A stretch of DNA of 64,000 bases, taken from Phallusia mammillata (lineage: Eukaryota). A program made the translations under genes and the position numbers. The notes below the pieces were generated by a model that did not search any database, was not told the origin of the DNA, and saw nothing but the letters and a program-made list of their open reading frames with translations. Of the stretch, positions 61,101 to 64,000 are shown in pieces (position 1 is the first letter of the stretch; each line of letters opens with the position of its first letter). The stretch covers positions 25,978,001 to 26,042,000 of the forward strand of contig OZ281499.1 of assembly GCA_965637545.1 (NCBI GenBank), read 5' to 3'.

Positions 61101-64000
61101 GCATCTTATTTCATTTTTTAATAAGACATTTCTCTTTTACAGCCACCGCCATTGTCGGATCGTGTCAGACTCAGACAGCATGTGAAGGACTGTGCGACAG
61201 TGATACGTAAGTTATGTGGCTTAAATAACTCACTGGAAGCATAGAAGATTCATCAAACACAAAAATTAGTTCAATCTTTAGCTAATAAATGGGATTAAAA
61301 TAAATGGATAATTACCAACTTTTCTGTAGCGCCGCACATTTAATTTACTTTTTACAGACTACTTCTTGCTGTTTTTCATCACAACATAATATTACAACAA
61401 AAAGTAGTTTATACCTAATCCGTGTACATAACATAGATGAAAACCAATACACACCTTTAAGATAAATATCGACATCACATTATTATCAGGGGCTGTATAT
61501 CGGCTTGCTGCAAGGATGGAGATTATTGCAACACTCAGTCAGTAGCAAATATAGACAACGTGGTTCTGTGTGGGACTGGGTCTGACCCAACAGCGGCATC
61601 GATGACTTGCGCTGCTGGATCGCTATGTGGGCGAACATTAGATGGAAGTAAGAAATAAATCCTGTTGTGGCCTATTAGAAAAGTTTTTTTTTTTACTTTG
61701 ATATATTTTTAGGCACTATTGATGGAAGTTGCTCAACCCAGGATGAATGTGACAGCCTATGTACCGGCACTGCGTAAGTATGGGTCAAAAAATATTCACA
61801 AATTAAATTGTGCTGCAATCAAGCGGCGAAAACCTAGTGCGATTTAGTTATTTGAATTTTGATGCTTATAAATAAAATCAAAAAGGCCCTTAGAAAAAGA
61901 CAACCGAAAGTCAAGTGTGCACTAATTTTGTTGATCTGTGCAATATGTTTCTTGCATTTCGAATTGTATGTTGTCACGTTTCATTTTTTACCTTATCTTA
62001 ATTTAATTTTACAGAACCTGCACGTCAGCATGTTGCAGTGACTCAGACAATTGTAACACCCGAACAGTGGTACAGATTGAAACCAGAATAAGATGTGGAA
62101 CTGGAACTTTAACTGGTGGCGCGTTTCCTACAGCTACCACTTGTGCCGCTAACGAGCTCTGCGCAAGGACAGAAATAACAGGAGGTAAATAAGCCAAACT
62201 TTGTTTAGCCAGCCTACATTTCCTTTAGACATTCTTCCGTTTCGCAAAAAAACTCCCATTAGGGACTTTTTACATGCAACTATGCCTAAAACTGACAACC
62301 ACACACAACAAATTTTCGTCCTGTTTAACTTGTAACCAAATGAAGTTCTATATTGTAAAATACCAAAACTTATTTTCAGGTGCTACAGAAGGATCGTGCA
62401 AGACACAAACTGGATGTAATTTGCTCTGCGCTGGAGTCACGTGAGTGAATTTTTCCACGTATATGAAAATTTCTGCAACTTGTAATAAAAGCTGACATAT
62501 AGTTAGTTATTTTAACTTTCACATTTATCTGGCGTGCATCGTTTTGCTTAACAACCTGCCAGAGTGAAAACATTAAATGTTGGATATATTGCAGGGGTTG
62601 CACATCTGCGTGTTGCAACGACGGAGATTTCTGCAACAGTCTTTCTGTTACGAACATAATAGATGTGGTCCGATGTGGAATTGCGCCTGTAACGAACGGA
62701 GCATTCACTGCAACAATGGTTTGTGCATCTGGTCAAAAATGTCAAAGAACTGAAACAACTTCAGGTATAATCTGTTGCATAAAAATCTTTATCTTCATTC
62801 ATTACATAATTAAAACTGGGTTTATTTTTCAGGCCAAACTGTTACACTTGTTGGTTCATGTATTGCTGGAGATGCCACATGTGGATCTGGATGTACTGCT
62901 CCGTAAGTTTAAAAGCTCTAATGCTATCCAAATTGTTATCATGTCAACTTTAAATTGTCACAAAAAATTGAATCCAGCGTTCGTGACAACAAACAGTTAC
63001 AACTTGGAAGGAAACGGGTAGACAAAATCGCAAAGTCGACAGAATAAGGATATTTTGATTTGCAAACCGTAACATACTGATAGCCAATTAAAATTCGAAC
63101 TTTCTTAACTCGTTCCCTAGTAGGGAAAAGATCCAAACTTTATTTTAGTTTTTATGACTTAGCACTCAGATAAACACTTTTGTTTATTGGTTGCAGGGCT
63201 TGCGTGTCAGCTTGTTGCAACGACGCAGATGGATGTAACACTCTGTCAGTGGCAACACAAATGGCAAGACAATGTTACACTGGAACAACCACCCAAGTTG
63301 GAAGTGCAGCAGCAAATGGAAGTTTGACTGCTGAGCATTGCTCCGCTGGTGAAATGTGTGGAAGAAAACAAACCACAACTACAAATGGAGGTAGATTGCT
63401 GTCACAGTTACAATGCATCAACATCTAAAACTACAAACAACATCAATATACATAAACGCATTCAACCAACGAAGTCGTACATGTATTCGAAATACGCCAA
63501 GAATTTATGCCTGCAAACTGTACGCTTGTCATACAAAGCGTAAACATTACTTAACAACACACAAAATTACAATAGACATGGTGTTTAAGAAGACAATAAT
63601 ATATTTAATTTGTTTAGGTGAGACTACAGTGACAACAGTTGGATCTTGCAGCACAGCAGCTGAATGCAACGATGGAAACATGCTTTGCAATGGGTGAGTT
63701 GGTTATGCAAGCATTTGACCGTCTATTAATCGCCTAAACAAGATGTAGATGCCTATACTAAAAAAATACTCGATACCATGGCGTGCAACATTACAGCACG
63801 ATTATTAATATTGCAATAAGGTGAAAAAATCTTTTGCAGGGCTGCCGGTTGCATCGAATATTGCTGTGACACTGATGGTTGCAACTCTGCCGCTGTCACT
63901 ACAACAACCACAACCACCACTACTACAACCACTACAACAACTGCAACAACCACATCTGGTGCTAAACATGCAGCACAAATTAATATGTTGGTGATGATGG
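58148..64000 (+). CDS. Gene F: signal peptide + 9 LU-like domains + Thr stalk + GPI tail (last codons outside window)
   Basis: Exons 58148-58331, 58491-58551, 58713-58888, 59070-59133, 59343-59506, 59706-59766, 59893-60056, 60398-60461, 60649-60824, 61143-61206, 61490-61647, 61713-61773, 62015-62184, 62380-62440, 62595-62764, 62833-62902, 63197-63390, 63618-63693, 63840->64000. Confidence 0.9.

Noticed and set aside
6415-64000. Resemblance to ciliate immobilisation antigens or Giardia VSPs (Cys-periodic, Ala/Thr/Gly-rich, GPI)
   Set aside because: TAA/TAG act as stops, introns and BEL/Pao/hAT content are metazoan, and domains end in the LU-type CCxxxxxCN motif. Analogy only.
6415-64000. Thr/Cys-rich antifreeze protein
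   Set aside because: No regular TCT/TxT 12-residue periodicity; proteins are membrane-anchored three-finger-like arrays.

Overview
AT-rich metazoan genomic DNA with short GT-AG introns (compact invertebrate, ascidian-like by texture; species not established). Positions 1-6141 hold a nearly intact BEL/Pao LTR retrotransposon on the minus strand: one open gag-pol frame runs off the window, and its RT motif is mutated to YVDY. The rest is dominated by a plus-strand tandem cluster of six multi-exon genes (A-F, my labels) plus at least one pseudogene. They encode signal peptide + 5-10 tandem 10-Cys three-finger (Ly6/uPAR, LU-like) domains + Thr-rich stalk + GPI-type hydrophobic tail, about 45 domains in all. 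All exons were traced by hand. Each domain is built from a strictly alternating phase 2-1 long exon and phase 1-2 short exon, with the domain boundary inside the long exon, so skipping, deletion or recombination of any exon pair gives in-frame chimeric domains. The paralogs are visibly mosaics of each other. Most genes have a conserved TATA(-30)/Inr promoter with a 15-19 nt untranslated first exon. Spacers and introns carry hAT MITEs, Helentron-type non-autonomous elements (one with a 159-bp satellite), a tRNA-derived insert and a Penelope-type hammerhead ribozyme inside an inverted repeat. The supplied ORF track is mostly uninformative because the genes are spliced. Functional roles are inference only.
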